Source: Cenococcum geophilum
Taxonomy: Eukaryota
Direction of reading: 5' to 3'
DNA length: 64,000 bases
NCBI GenBank assembly: GCA_050273025.1
Contig: CP158635.1
Coordinates: forward strand, 6,882,001 to 6,946,000
The notes under the pieces were generated by a model, which searched no databases, had not been told where the DNA came from, and saw only the letters and a list, made by a program, of their open reading frames with translations. The translations under genes and the position numbers were made by a program. How positions within the stretch are numbered: the stretch's first letter is position 1; each line of letters starts with the position of its first letter. Shown piece by piece: positions 49,901-61,942 of the stretch.

Positions 49901-52900
49901 AGTTACGGATTACTTTTACCTTTTTAGGGTCGACTTTAATTCCTTCTATAGTTATAATAAACCCAAGGTATTTTATACGTTTTACCCCAAATTTGTATTT
50001 CTTAATATTAACTTATAAGCCCGCGTTCCGTAGTCTCTCTAGGACCTTCTTAATATAAACTTAATGCTTAAGTTCGTTATCTAAGTATATAAGAATGTCG
50101 TCTAGGTATACCGTGTAGAATTCGTTCAGGTAATTAAAAAGAACGTCATTTATATACTTTTAGTACGTAGCTAGTCCGTTTATTAGTCTAAAGGGAAGAA
50201 CTTTATATTTATAGGAGCCATAACGGGTACGGAATATGGTTAAATCTTTAAATACGGGGTTTATCCTAATTTGGTGGAAAGCTTAACGGATATTAAGTTT
50301 AGTAAAGATCTTTACCCGGCTTAGACGTATAAGGGTCTTATTAATTAAAGAAATAGGATACCAATCCTTTTAAGTAATAGCGTTTAGCTTTTAGTAGTTG
50401 ATATAAAAGCGAAGGCCTTTATTAGGCTTTTTTATAAATAGGATAGGGGAAGTAAAAGGGGCTTAACTTAGCTTGATAAACCCTTTATTTAGGTTATTAA
50501 TTAAGTACTACTTTATTGCTTTTAGCTTATCCGTTAATTATTAGTAGAGGGGGCTATAACCTAGTAAGTTATTAGCTTCTAATTAAATCCTATAATTATA
50601 CGTCTGGTAAGGGGGTAACTTATCTAAAGCCGCCTTTAAAAATGTATCCTTATAATTTGTATAAATAGTAGGAAAAAGGCGTTTAACTAGTTCCTCGTTA
50701 ATTTCCTTAGCTGGCTCTTTCTTCCTATTATTAATAATTCGGTTAATCTTATATAGGCTTATTATAAAGACCTTATTATCCTTCCGGTATATATTAAAGT
50801 AAAACACTATAGCGCTAATTGCGGCAATATCTATAGTAGGGGGGTTATATAATAATAAAGGCGTATATAACTTTATAGTCTTCTAAAGCACTAGCGTTAT
50901 TATCACTCCTTTTAACTCCTGTTATATCTTTTAGAGGTCATCCCTTATATCCTATTAATGCGTTCTTTTCTATACTAGTTAAATCTACGCGATTTAGATA
51001 TTGTTTACGTTACTATCTATCCCACTTCCGTATATAGAGTCCTCTTTAAATATAGCGCTTTAGGAGAGTATCTTTATTAGTACGGAGTTCTTTTTAGCTT
51101 CGCGGCGAGCGTTTTTTTAGGTAAAGGCTAGATTACGGGCTAGGACATCCTACTAGTAGGTAGAGTTAGCCCTTACGGCTAGTATCTTATGGTTAGTTCG
51201 GATCTCCCTAATAAAGGAGGGCAACCTCGGTCTATCCTCCGGCTAAATAAACTATCTTTATCGTATATTTAACTAAATATTAAAATAGGACATCTATTTT
51301 TGTTTAAGGATTATATTATAGGACCCTAGGTCTAGGATGCAAAAGGGGATACTATATTAGCGTTATCCGTTAAGAGCAATATATAACTTTAAGATATAGG
51401 TAACGGGCTAACTGGCTTAGCTATTATAGCCCTTTACCTAGATAGGCTTCTCTAGTTAGATAGCTTCTGCATTTAGAAACTTGGCAACATTATTTATATA
51501 GGCAGTATTTATAAAGATAAAGCTATTTGCTCTAGTGTTAATAAGGGCGGTTATATTAACTCCATATCTATTTTAAGATACTATATATAGAACCGTAAAA
51601 TGCTTTCCACCTATTAACTAACTAAGATTAATCTCTTTAAGATCGATAGGGTACCCTAGGGGGGAGTCTTTCCCTAGGGTTCTTCTTTTCCTAACTTATT
51701 AGACGTTTCTCCTTCCTCTATCTCCTTAATATTGCCTATATCCTTTAGCTCCGGGTAAAATAAGGCAAAGTAACCCTCTTTATCGCAGTTATAGCACGTA
51801 GCCGAGGCAGGGTTAATTAGAGTATTGCGGCGAACACTAGTTAATGGCGTAGTACGTAGTTAGTCGGGCGTCGCTCGCTAGTGCGTAGTTATAACCGCTT
51901 TTAATATAAAAGCAGTCGTAGCTTATCTTCCTACTCTAGCTTTTATAGGTATAGCTAGCGAGTTCCAATTACTATGGAGTCACTTCTACCAATTAGGACG
52001 GGCTTTAATCCGCTTTAGTTCTAAGTTTAATAATAGGTAATAAGCTATAAGTTTATTATAAGTTGGCAGGTTATCTAAGGTTATAGCGATCTTCTCTTAT
52101 AGCCGAATTATTAGCTTATTATATAGGTCTAATTAGTAGTTTTTAAGGGGAACCTAGCCTTCTCCCGTAAGGTGTAGGAATTAAGTCTAAAATTTAGCAA
52201 AGGGTTAGTTTAGTTTTATTATTAAGCGATTATAGTTATACTGGGCGTCCCGTACTTTGTTTAGGTTAATATAAATAGCCGCTAGGTACCGTATTATCTT
52301 ATTAATAGATATAAATTGGACAGGGGAATTATCCTTAAACTTAGCTTAGAGGTGCCGTTGGGCGTCCCTAGTAGTTTAACTAAAGAGGTAGAGTATTTTA
52401 GCTTCTTTAGAAAGGAAATGGTTGTAGTTAATATAGAGCTTTTTTTATACTTAAATCCTCTAATTCTTAAAGGTAGGGTCTATCCTATTAGATAGTAATA
52501 GGGGGTTAGGGAGCTTAACGGACTTTAATTACTTCGTTATTATATCCGTACTCCCTAGTGTATTATATTTAGTAGAGTAAATAGGTCAGCTAGGGCTTTA
52601 AAAAGGGGAAGCTAGGCTATTTTATAGGGCCGTAAGGCTTTCTAGGATCTCTTATAGGGTCTTTTATATATTTCTCGCTTTAAGACAATCGGCTTCCTAG
52701 CTGGCTGCGAGGGCGCGAATCTACTCGCGTACGTCTATGATATTATTATTATCTTCGATTTCTAATCCTAATTAAATCTTAGGTTCCTCTTGGGTAGAGG
52801 CAGCTCTCTTAAATAAGCTTGCTTTAGGTGCCATTATTAGCTTCTTAAGGTTTATTAGTATTATACGCTTTAGTTTTAATTCCGGGGGTATAGGTCCAGT

Positions 52901-53277
52901 CCTATTTAGCTTATAAGGTGGGATATTATCTAGGCCTTCCCAAGTAATATAGAGTTGTTTTAGTGTCTAAGTATAGCACGTTAACGCGTTGTTACAGACA
53001 AAGTTTCTTTTAGGGTAGTATATTATTAAGGCCTTCCTAGGTAGGGTAGGGTGAGCTTAGTATAATGTTACGGCTTATATAAATGCCTCTGAACCGAAGC
53101 TTGTAGAATGCTGTATTACGAAGATACTAAGCTAAGGAGAAGGGAAAAAGGGGTTGCTAGGACCAATGTAAATAAATATATAGGGTGAGCCGCTAAGGCG
53201 CTAGCTCCAGGCGAGCCAATCGCGGGTCGGCAGAATATGGCAGAATTTGGCAGGTAACGTGCGATAGCGCCGTTACA
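46955..53277 (-). mobile_element. Ty3/Gypsy chromovirus C (RIP-mutated)
   Basis: Roughly 212-bp LTRs 46955-47167 and 53066-53277, TSD CTTCT, PPT CACCCCCCTCTT beside the left LTR. Gag, PR, RT (VYLDDILIY), RH, IN and chromodomain remnants. Confidence 0.92.
49666..49792. mobile_element. Very short solo LTR (127 bp), little or no RIP
   Basis: TGTCAGGTGA...TCACCTCACA terminal inverted repeat with TSD GTTAT; normal CpA/TpG content. Confidence 0.85.
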
Positions 53278-54825
53278 CTTCTACTATATAGGACGAAAAA
53301 CGGTTCCTTAAAGAATGGCGAAAAGAAGGCCCCCTTAGCGTCCTTATTAATATCCTTAATTTCATTAATATACCGCAGCTTTATTAACTATTTAAATCTT
53401 ATTAAAAGGCTAAGTAAAAGGCCTTGCCGAGCCCCAATTTTAAAATACTAGAAGTAGTAAAGCCAGTTAAGACTAGGTGGAATAGTTATTACAATACCTT
53501 TTTACGAGCCGTCGTCCTCCGCGGCCTAATTAACTTAATTGCATAATACATAATTAATAAATATAAGAAGGAAGCAGCTCCTCTACGCGCTAGATAAAAG
53601 AAGGTCCCTCTACTACCGCCTATTATAGTAATGGGCGCCTTAAACGATTATAACTAGGGTATTATTAATAACTATATTAAGATTCTATTACTAATTTAAG
53701 ACGCTATAAAGATACTTAAAGCTAGAGGTAGGTTAGGCCTATATAGAGTAATTTAGGAGATTATTCCTACACTTAATTGGCTGCTTAAGCTTTTCAAAGA
53801 GAAGAAGGATCGCGTAGTTAACGCGTCTCTAAATAATTACCTAAAGTGGTTAATTAAAGGTAACGCATCCTTTAAAAAGCTTTGGCTTTAATATATAAAG
53901 CGACCAAGTCCTTCCTTAAATACTCTATTGGCTTATCTACCACCAAGATACGCGCACGCGTTATCAGCTAAAGATAATTATATTCGTGCTAATATCAGCC
54001 ATGTAGCTTAAAGCTTTATTAACGCGTTAAACAAATATAAAGCTTAGAAGACTCTACCGCCACTATTAGATAATTGCCCACTAGCGAACAACCCTATATT
54101 CTATTAGTGGTAGGAGCAAACAACTTAGCCAAAGCTCGTATAGATAGCTCTTAATATATTAACTATACCGGCTATAAGCAATAACTGTAAACAGGCGTTT
54201 AGTAAAGCTGGTAATCTACTAGGGCCACGTCGCTTAAAGTTTTACCCTAATATTATTGCTGCCTTATAGTATAATTACAGCTATTTAAGAATAGGCTTTA
54301 AAAAATCTAGTAGATAAGGTAGTAAGCTTACTACAATTAGTATAACTAGTAGCTAACCGTTAGAGTTACTAGTAGGATCTTTCTCCTTACTAAAGCCTTC
54401 CTACTAGAGCCTTCCTTACCACCATACCAAGTCTCGCGATAGACGCTCTCGGCCACGCAAACTTCCTTATTATATTATCTCTATATAATCTTATATTGCA
54501 ATAACTATAGATTAGGGCTGCGGAGGAGCTTTTTAGCCAAATTAGTGGCTTGGATTAATTTGTATATTACTCTAAAATTTCTATATAAAATTAAACAAGC
54601 CTTTAAGCAAGCTAAGCAAGCCGACCGTTTAGCCTATTAAGCTAAGTAAGCCAGCTTTAGGTATAAAAAGTTTTAAGCTAGCAAGCTAAGGCTTTCCGGC
54701 TTAGCTTGCTTGCTTAATAGCAAGTCTAAATAGGGTAGGGATAGCTACTAAAAAGTAGCTAATAGTAGTAGGATCTTTAAAAGGAGGTAACTTCTACCAG
54801 GCTTTAGTAGATAGATATTATATTA

Positions 54826-56801
54826 CGGACCTTATATTAGCAGTAATACGACTACTTAAAGAGGAGATAGACGAACTAGTTATAATAGTATAAGAGGCGC
54901 TAGAACCGATTAAACTATAAAATAAGGGGTAGCTAAGTTATATAATAAATTACGGGGTTATAACTTGGAATAAAGGAATGTGGAAATATAGGAACGTAAT
55001 ATACTAACGTACTTAGTATATTTCTTAGAAGTTAGAATATATATTTAAAGGACTATAATCCCTACCTTAAATAGTTCTCTCTTTATAGTAAATCTTAAAA
55101 TATAATTGGAGTTAATCTATTAGGTATATACAGTTAGACGCCAAAAGTCTATATGCATAGCTTTATAAGTAGGAAAATTAAAGGTTTAAGCCCATTACTT
55201 TCTAATATATAGAGACCGACCCGTTCCTGTTTTATATAGAGTTTCTTAATATTTAGGATATATATAGGTCTCCTAGAGCTTAGTACTTTATTTACTAGCC
55301 CTTAGCCTTCCTTACTGCCTCTAAACGTTACAGTATAGACTTAATAAGCCTACGTATAACAGAATTAGGTATTTTTAGCCAGGCCTCTTATATAGCAGCC
55401 TTTAGAGTATCCTGGTTACTTTCTACATTGCCTATTATAATTAGCTTAGGATAAAGCTTATAGACCATCTTTTTAAGGGCCTACTATATATACTTAATTA
55501 GATTAAGGTTGGGTAAGTATAGCGGCTACTTAAGCGTCCAGATCCTATGCATCTTAAGCTACTTCTTACTGTGTTTTAAGTTGTATATAAGCGCGTTATT
55601 CTATATAAAGATATGCCCAGGTAGGTACTAAGGTAGTAGTTCTTACTTAAGGGTGTTAGCATAGCACCTGCCTAAATACTTATATTTTTTTAGCTGTAAA
55701 GTCCCTCTCTATAATAATTAATGGAGACCTTCCTACTCTGCTATTTGGAGTAACCTATATAGCTCCCCATACTATCTATAACATCTATTTAGCCGTCTCT
55801 TTCTCTATAATTATCTTTAAGTTATATTTCTCGCTTAGAAACCTAAAGCACTACTCTACCTATTACCTTAAGCCCTACTAAACGGAGCACTTATCTATAA
55901 ACTTAACTTGTTAATTAAATGTCTATGCACCAATTATAAGAAAAGAATAAGGACTCTATCTATTAAATAGTGGCTTTAGAGCCTCTATATATATAAGAAA
56001 GGCATAGGAAATAAGAACGAGAAGGGGGGAGGGGGGTGGCAATGGAAATAAGGAGTAGGTAACTAAGTTAAGACGGGATAGATAACTAAGTCAATAGGAG
56101 GTAGCTAAGTCGGTGACAAGATAACCTGATTTAGGTCGATATAACTATACGCCTACGCCAATTAAAATTACGGTACTTGCGTGCAAACTTAAGTCTTAAA
56201 GCTGCGTTGCCTGCGTTTAATTTGGGCCTCTAGGCATATTAGTAGTTTATAAGGCCTTAATTTTTTAAAAATGCGGGTAAAAGTTCTCTTTAAAGGGGGG
56301 TAGTAATAATAGAGGAGCCTAGCGTCTATTATAAGCTACCTATACTTAATTTTTGGGTATTTTTCGAATAATGTAAAAGAGGAGTTGCTTTTTGCGACGC
56401 ATAATTATCTAAGGACGGCCTTCTTAAGGTAAACTATATAGAGTATTATAGGTTTTCTACCTCTTAATTATATTGCTAATCGCGTTTTGGTAAACACCAT
56501 ATTTAGCCACTAAATTCTTATTTAAAACGCTAGCCTCCTACCTTAAGATAAAAGAGCTGCGCGCCTTAGGTAATAGCTCTTTATTTTTACTACAATTTTC
56601 CTATAATTTCTATACCAAACGCGCGCGGTATACTTATAGTGTAGGTGTTTAAAGGTAGTACGGTTAATGCGCGTCACGTACTTTAGTATTAGGGGCCGAG
56701 CTCTACATATAGACTTTTGGCTTAGTACTGTACTTTACTAGTTAGATCTTATTATAGTGTTTCTATCTATATACCTAGCCTATTAATAAGTTTACTATAG
56801 T
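54826..56801. mobile_element. LTR-like repeat (copy 1), split by Tc1 and cut by a hAT end; related to 61171-61580
   Basis: 54826-55128 plus 56731-56801 align colinearly with 61171-61570 (shared GACCTTATAT..GCAGTA, TAAGGGGTAGCTAAGTTATATA, TATATATTTAAAGGACTA, GTTAATCTATTAGGTA). Confidence 0.65.
55131..56730 (-). mobile_element. Tc1/mariner DNA transposon (Tc1-like, RIP-mutated)
   Basis: TIRs CAGT.....GCCAAAAGTCTATATG at both ends and TA TSD. Minus-strand remnants FI*NNALIY (FMQDNAPIH-like) and *PLYLPNLNLIKY (WPPYSPDLNPIE-like). Confidence 0.88.
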
Positions 56802-56980
56802 TAGGGTTGCAAATTAATTAACTTAACTTAACTAAGGTTTTAAATTAATTAAATTAAAAGCTTTATAAGTAGAGAGCTTAGTTAATTAAATTAATTAAAT
56901 CAATATTAAAGTCTTGGTAACTGGTTTAACTAAGTTTAACTAGTATAGTAGTCAGCAACTATTATAAGTTCTTGGTATAG
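56802..56980. mobile_element. Probable hAT terminal fragment
   Basis: TAGGGTTGCAAA start followed by short subterminal TTAAC/TTAAT repeats; the partner end was not found. Confidence 0.5.
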
Positions 56981-56984
56981 AGCT

Positions 56985-58245
56985 GATGTAGGACGACCTA
57001 CCTAGCAATGCCTAAATTATTTCCTACTCTTCTTCCTGTCGCCCGGCTCTCAATATAGGTCTATTATAAGTCTTGACATACTATTAACTTACCTTTTTAC
57101 CTATTAATATTATCTCTTCCTTTGCCGATTACTTTAACTACCTAATAATACGTTTGTTATAGGGTCCGTAATAGTAATAGAGAGTAGATTATAATAATTA
57201 GAAGCGTCTACGTTAATAAAGTAAGCTTTCCTCTAGGCCTAATTTACTAAGCTATCTCTAGCAATCTCTAAGACTCCTAGCTTTAAGATTTTAACCCTAA
57301 ATAATACTAGGTCTTCTTTTTATTTACCGTAATAGGTTAAATAAACAACGAGATAAGATTCTTATAGCTTACTGCCCTCTTTAATATAGAAATAAGGAAA
57401 AAGGCTAAAGGCGGAAGATCTTAGAGGTGGAATATCCTAGAGGCTCTTAATATTATATTAATATAAACTTCCTTAACTAGAGTTGTAAGTATAGGATATT
57501 AGTAGCTATATTTCCGCTTTATTTAACCCACTAAATATAACCTCTTAACGTTAGTCTCTCTTTTTTTTGTACTTATTATAGCAAACAACTTAATAATCTT
57601 ATTTATAAGAGTTATAGCGTTTCTTCCGTAATAAAACGCGATTTCTTCTATCTATTTTAGGCTACCTAATAAAAGTAAGGTAAAATAGCCTTTTAACCTG
57701 TATTAAGGGGCTTAAATACCTTAGCCCTCCTAATAAGCGACTAGAGGAAGGTATATGGGCTTCTATAAGACGTAATTAATAAGGTTGTAGAGCTATAGGC
57801 TAAAAATACAGTTCTTAAGCTTACTACTAATATTACTCTCCTCTACTCTAAAAATAAGGCCCTTTAAAAGGCGTTTAATAAGAAAAAGAGAAGAACTTAT
57901 AGCGAGCCTCTCTTTAATAATCTACGTGTAGAAACTAACTATAAGGCTATATTCTTTAGCCGCTTAAAAATTAGGCGGGTAAAAGAGCTTTAAAAGGCGC
58001 GTAAATAACTATAATACTAAAAGGAGGTACGCTAATAAGGTAAGAAGATTTAGAAGTAACTTATAAAGGAAGAACGACAGCTTATATTAGTACTAGTACC
58101 CTACCAAAACACGACCCTGTCTTACCTGCGTATAACCCTATTTTAGCTATATTTTAGTCTCCCCTTTTATTTTATTACTTATACCTTCCTTATATATATA
58201 TAGACGCTTTAAAGCTACATGTATAATTAGGTCGCTCGTTTATTT
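56985..58245 (+). mobile_element. pogo/Fot1-like transposase remnant (boundaries approximate)
   Basis: Degenerate DDE_1-like translation NINFLN*SCKYRILVAIFP...NPLNI...KRDFFYLF...AIFFSRLKIRRVKEL. Confidence 0.65.
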
Positions 58246-58250
58246 CCTAC

Positions 58251-58509
58251 TATAAGGCAGTATTGCCAGGGTGTACGGTAGGGAGCAGGCAAGCCGAGCA
58301 TGAGTCACATAAGGAGTCGATGGAAGAGGACGATATGGTAATGAGGGTAGGCAATAGCCTGAGTACAGAGACGAACCGATGAGGAGGGAAAGGGCTGCAA
58401 GCCCGAGGTGCATATAAGGAGGTGCCAAGGGCTAGCCGAAGGCTAGCCTTGGCGACCCCTGAGAGCCCCTAGGCGATGCAGCCGAGTAAGGGCCAAAATA
58501 ACCCTTACA
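58251..58509. mobile_element. Solo LTR (same family as 37773-38027)
   Basis: TATAAGGC...CCTTACA with TSD CCTAC; only lightly mutated. Confidence 0.88.
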
Positions 58510-58810
58510 CCTACACTGTAAAAGCTTATAGCTTATAATACTATAAAGGAAATAGGATAGAATATAAGCTAAGGTTTAATAAGAGATGGAGGTATCTAAA
58601 AACCGCCGCTAGAGAGAGGAGGCTGTATATGCTTGCGCTGTAAATCTATAGCCTTAAAACGACCTTAAGCTAATAAGAGGAGGTAGACGGAAAAAATAAG
58701 CTTTAAGGCAATCTCTTATTATTATTTTAAAGATCGTATATTAAGGAGATAGATGGAATAGTTATATCTAGGGCTACTCGCGCTTAAAACTAAATTTAAC
58801 AACTTCCTAT

Positions 58811-59049
58811 CACTGGGGTGCAGTTTGTAAGTGCGGTCTTGTCACACCCACCAAATTTGAATTGCCATCAACATATCCACAACAAAGACCTTTTTATCAT
58901 TATCTATATTTTACAGGGCTAAAGTGAGGTCTTTGCTATTATATTCACGACTTTTTTTTAGTTAATTTGGTTTGTGTTTTAATGGTGCAGGCCTAATTAA
59001 TAATTTCTGCCTTAGTGCCTTAACCGAACTCACAAACTGCACCCAGGTG
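58811..59049. mobile_element. 239-bp MITE with CAC...GTG ends and 4-bp TSD
   Basis: Left CACTGGGGTGCAGTTTGTAAGTGCGGT versus right reverse complement CACCTGGGTGCAGTTTGTGAGTTCGGT; CTAT at 58807-10 and 59050-53. Confidence 0.8.
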
Positions 59050-60354
59050 CTATAGTTGGAAAATCTTATATAATAGCTTATTCGAATAAAGAAACTTAGT
59101 AAATTACTATATTAAAACTCTAGACGATTTTATCAATTATATATAATTCTACGGCCTCAAATCGAGGCTTGGCAATATTTATACATTAAGTAGGACCGTG
59201 CACGGAGTGGGGCGGTTTCTATGCCTTATCTTATAAATCAGACCCTTAGTAGACCCTTATACGTGCACTACGCGTATCCCTTAACCCGCTGAAGTGCAAT
59301 ACTAAGCTGCACCGTGTGCTAACTATGCCGAGTTATACGCTAGGCATTAATAAAGCGGCTAAGAATTAGGTTAAACGGGAGCCTCTAATTAGCTAATTCT
59401 TATTGATAACCGAGAGCTAGTTAATGGATTAAGGAATACTGCTCCTTATTAACTAACGAATTCTTTACTAAGGATTTAAGGGCTTATAGGCCTCGTTTTT
59501 ATCTCTTTTTAAGTACCACGACTTAAATATATAAGTTATAATATAATAAAAAATTTTAAGTAATTTTATATTTAAATATATATATTATAGTCCTATATTT
59601 ATAATATTAAAGGGTAAGATACAGCGTTAAAAAGGCAAGTATTTCTCTAAAATTTCTCCAACTTAAAAGTTTTTAAGCAACTTTTGGACGAAATCTAGTT
59701 AAATGCGCCGACTGCCTAGGTCTAATATTTTATATAATATAGCTATAACGTTATTGTTCGGTGCAATAGATAGAGAAGCTAAGGATATCTTACCCTATAA
59801 TGACTAGACGTTATAAAGGGTCGAGATACGGCAGTAAAAAAGGTAATTTTTGGTGTAGTTTGGCGCTCCGCTACCACCAAAACGACGCCCATAATGTGGG
59901 GGATCAGCTTGTGCACGCGACCGGCTCGTGCACAGTTTTCCCTACCAAAATTTAGCAAAATACACCTTTTTACACCACCTATAGTTTAATAACTATAATA
60001 GCTATTAATATAAAATCTAATATATAGCTTATTTAGTACTTAGATTATAATTTTATATAAAAATATTATAATATATTATAATATTTATATATTTAAAATT
60101 AAGTTAAAAGTACTTTTTTAATAAAATATAAAACTATTAATAAAACTATTAATAAAGCTATTATATATCTATATTATATATATCTATATATATTTATTAT
60201 AGAAATAAAAGGGTTTTAATATTTATATAGTTTATTAATTATATATTAAATAAGTTATATTAAAATTTAATAAACTTTAAACTTATATATTTATATTATA
60301 AATAAGTTTTTAATATAATAATTTAAACGTATAAAATACTTTATAATAAGTAAG

Positions 60355-61165
60355 ATTATTCCTAGGTGTACTTTTCCTAGTTAAGTTTCTTAGTAGCGTA
60401 TCTCTAGCGAGTTTGTTACGCTAGTGCGGTAATATTAAGCGCTATGTATATAGGTATATGGTCTGTAGTAATTACCTATATATCTTTTAGTCCGCAGAAC
60501 TCTAGGCGGTATACTAGTGTTTCTTATATAAATATAAAGTTAATTATACTCTCTTAGGTTCCTTTTTTTAGGTAGATTCGCTAGTTAGGGTAGTTAAGGT
60601 AAGGCCCTGCGTTTTTAGCTCGTTTAGTAGGTATATCGCCTATACTTTAACTATGGCCTGCTGCCCTCCCTATAATATATAGTATGCGTTAAAGTCCCCT
60701 AGGACTATTACCTCGCCTTTCGCTGTGTTAATAGCCTATTAAAGTAGACCCTATATAACAATTTGGGGGTTATTATCTTTTAGGCTATAGACGTTAATTA
60801 TACTAATTTGGCCCCTATTAGTAGCTATTTATAGTTTATCTATATTAAGGCTAATATCATAGTAGCTCTATACCTATATATTAATGCGTTAACTAACTAG
60901 AAAGCATATATAGGCAGCTAGGTTTAGTTTATATAGGAGGTAGTATCCTTTTAGTTAGTATATTTTACGTATCTACTTATTATATACTAGTTCTTATAAA
61001 GCTATTATTTAGTACTCTTTTAGGTCTAAGCTGTTAAATAAAGGGCGTATTACTTTATAGTTTAAGTGTCCGCAGTTATATTATACTATTATCAGTCTCT
61101 TTATAGTATTGGTTAGTTTAGTAACTTATAGGTAACTTCTATTCGCCTTTAAGGCGTTTTATCTA
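60355..61165 (-). mobile_element. LINE (Tad1-like) fragment: start of ORF2, APE endonuclease
   Basis: Minus-strand IV*YNCGHLN...IIAL*E...IINVYS...IVLGDFNAYY, matching the APE endonuclease motifs (QYN, QE, NVY, GDFNAHH). Confidence 0.8.
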
Positions 61166-61170
61166 AGGCT

Positions 61171-61580
61171 ATTATTATAGACCTTATATCGGCAGTAGTA
61201 CGACTACTAAGAAGAGATATAAACGGGTTAGTTAAGATAGTGTAAAAGGCGCTAAAACCAATTAAGCTATAGGATAAGGGGTAGCTAAGTTATATAGCTA
61301 GTTACGTTGTAAGTTCGGAACGTAGAAACGTGGGAACGTAGGAACGCAACGTACTAACGTACTAACGTACTAATATACTTAGTACATTTCTTAGGCGCAG
61401 TATTATATATTTAAAGGACTACAGTCCCTACCTAGATAGTTCTCTTCTTTACAGTAAATCTTAGAATATAATTAAAGTTAATCTATTAGGTAACTACTTT
61501 ACTAGTTATATTATTATTGTTAACTATTCCTTAACCTATATACCTAGCCCATTAACAAGTCTACCGTAGTATCTCCTATA
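61171..61580. mobile_element. Probable solo LTR (copy 2 of the 54826 repeat)
   Basis: Flanked by AGGCT at 61166-70 and 61581-85, with a TATA-like core and internal (ACGTACTA)n repeats. Termini are RIP-blurred. Confidence 0.6.
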
Positions 61581-61604
61581 AGGCTTTGTTATATATTTAC
61601 TACT

Positions 61605-61942
61605 ATGTCTCCAAACTTGAGTCCTTATCAACTAAACGCCAGATTGCTTTAATTGACATCTTAATCATGCCAGCAACCCTGAACCGTAGGGTATTCATCA
61701 CCGGTGACGGGCACATCGGCCTCGGACCTGCAAGTCTGAGAAAAGGAGACGAACTTTATTTGATAAAGGGTGGCCGAACTCCATTTGTACTTAGGCGCAG
61801 TGGAGAGAAGACGCTCCCAGGGTCCGTATCTTTTGAACTTGTCAGTGACTGCTACACACATGGCATGATGGACTCTAACAACCAAAATGTTGACTCACAC
61901 TCCAATATGCGCAGAAAGTGGCTCAAGATCAACTTGGTTTAA
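61605..61942 (+). pseudogene. 3' remnant of a HET-6-like heterokaryon incompatibility gene
   Basis: RRVFITGDGHIGLGPASLRKGDELYLIKGGRTPFVLR...FELVSDCYTHGMMD...W..I.LV* is the typical HET-6-family C-terminal domain. No upstream HET domain is present; TE sequence abuts it. Confidence 0.85.

Larger units (their letters stand above)
45452..54728 (+). mobile_element. hAT DNA transposon with intron-containing transposase (RIP-mutated)
   Basis: TIRs TAGACTTGCTATTAAGCAAGC / GCTTGCTTAATAGCAAGTCTA and an 8-bp TSD differing only by transitions (GATAGAGT / AATAGGGT). Transposase motifs GYFITNN, VKTRWNSYY and a C-terminal dimerisation-like IPAISNNCKQAFS. Confidence 0.88.

Noticed and set aside
59990..60350. 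Almost pure A/T tract as a centromere or origin candidate
   Set aside because: Consistent with end-stage RIP; function cannot be inferred from sequence alone.
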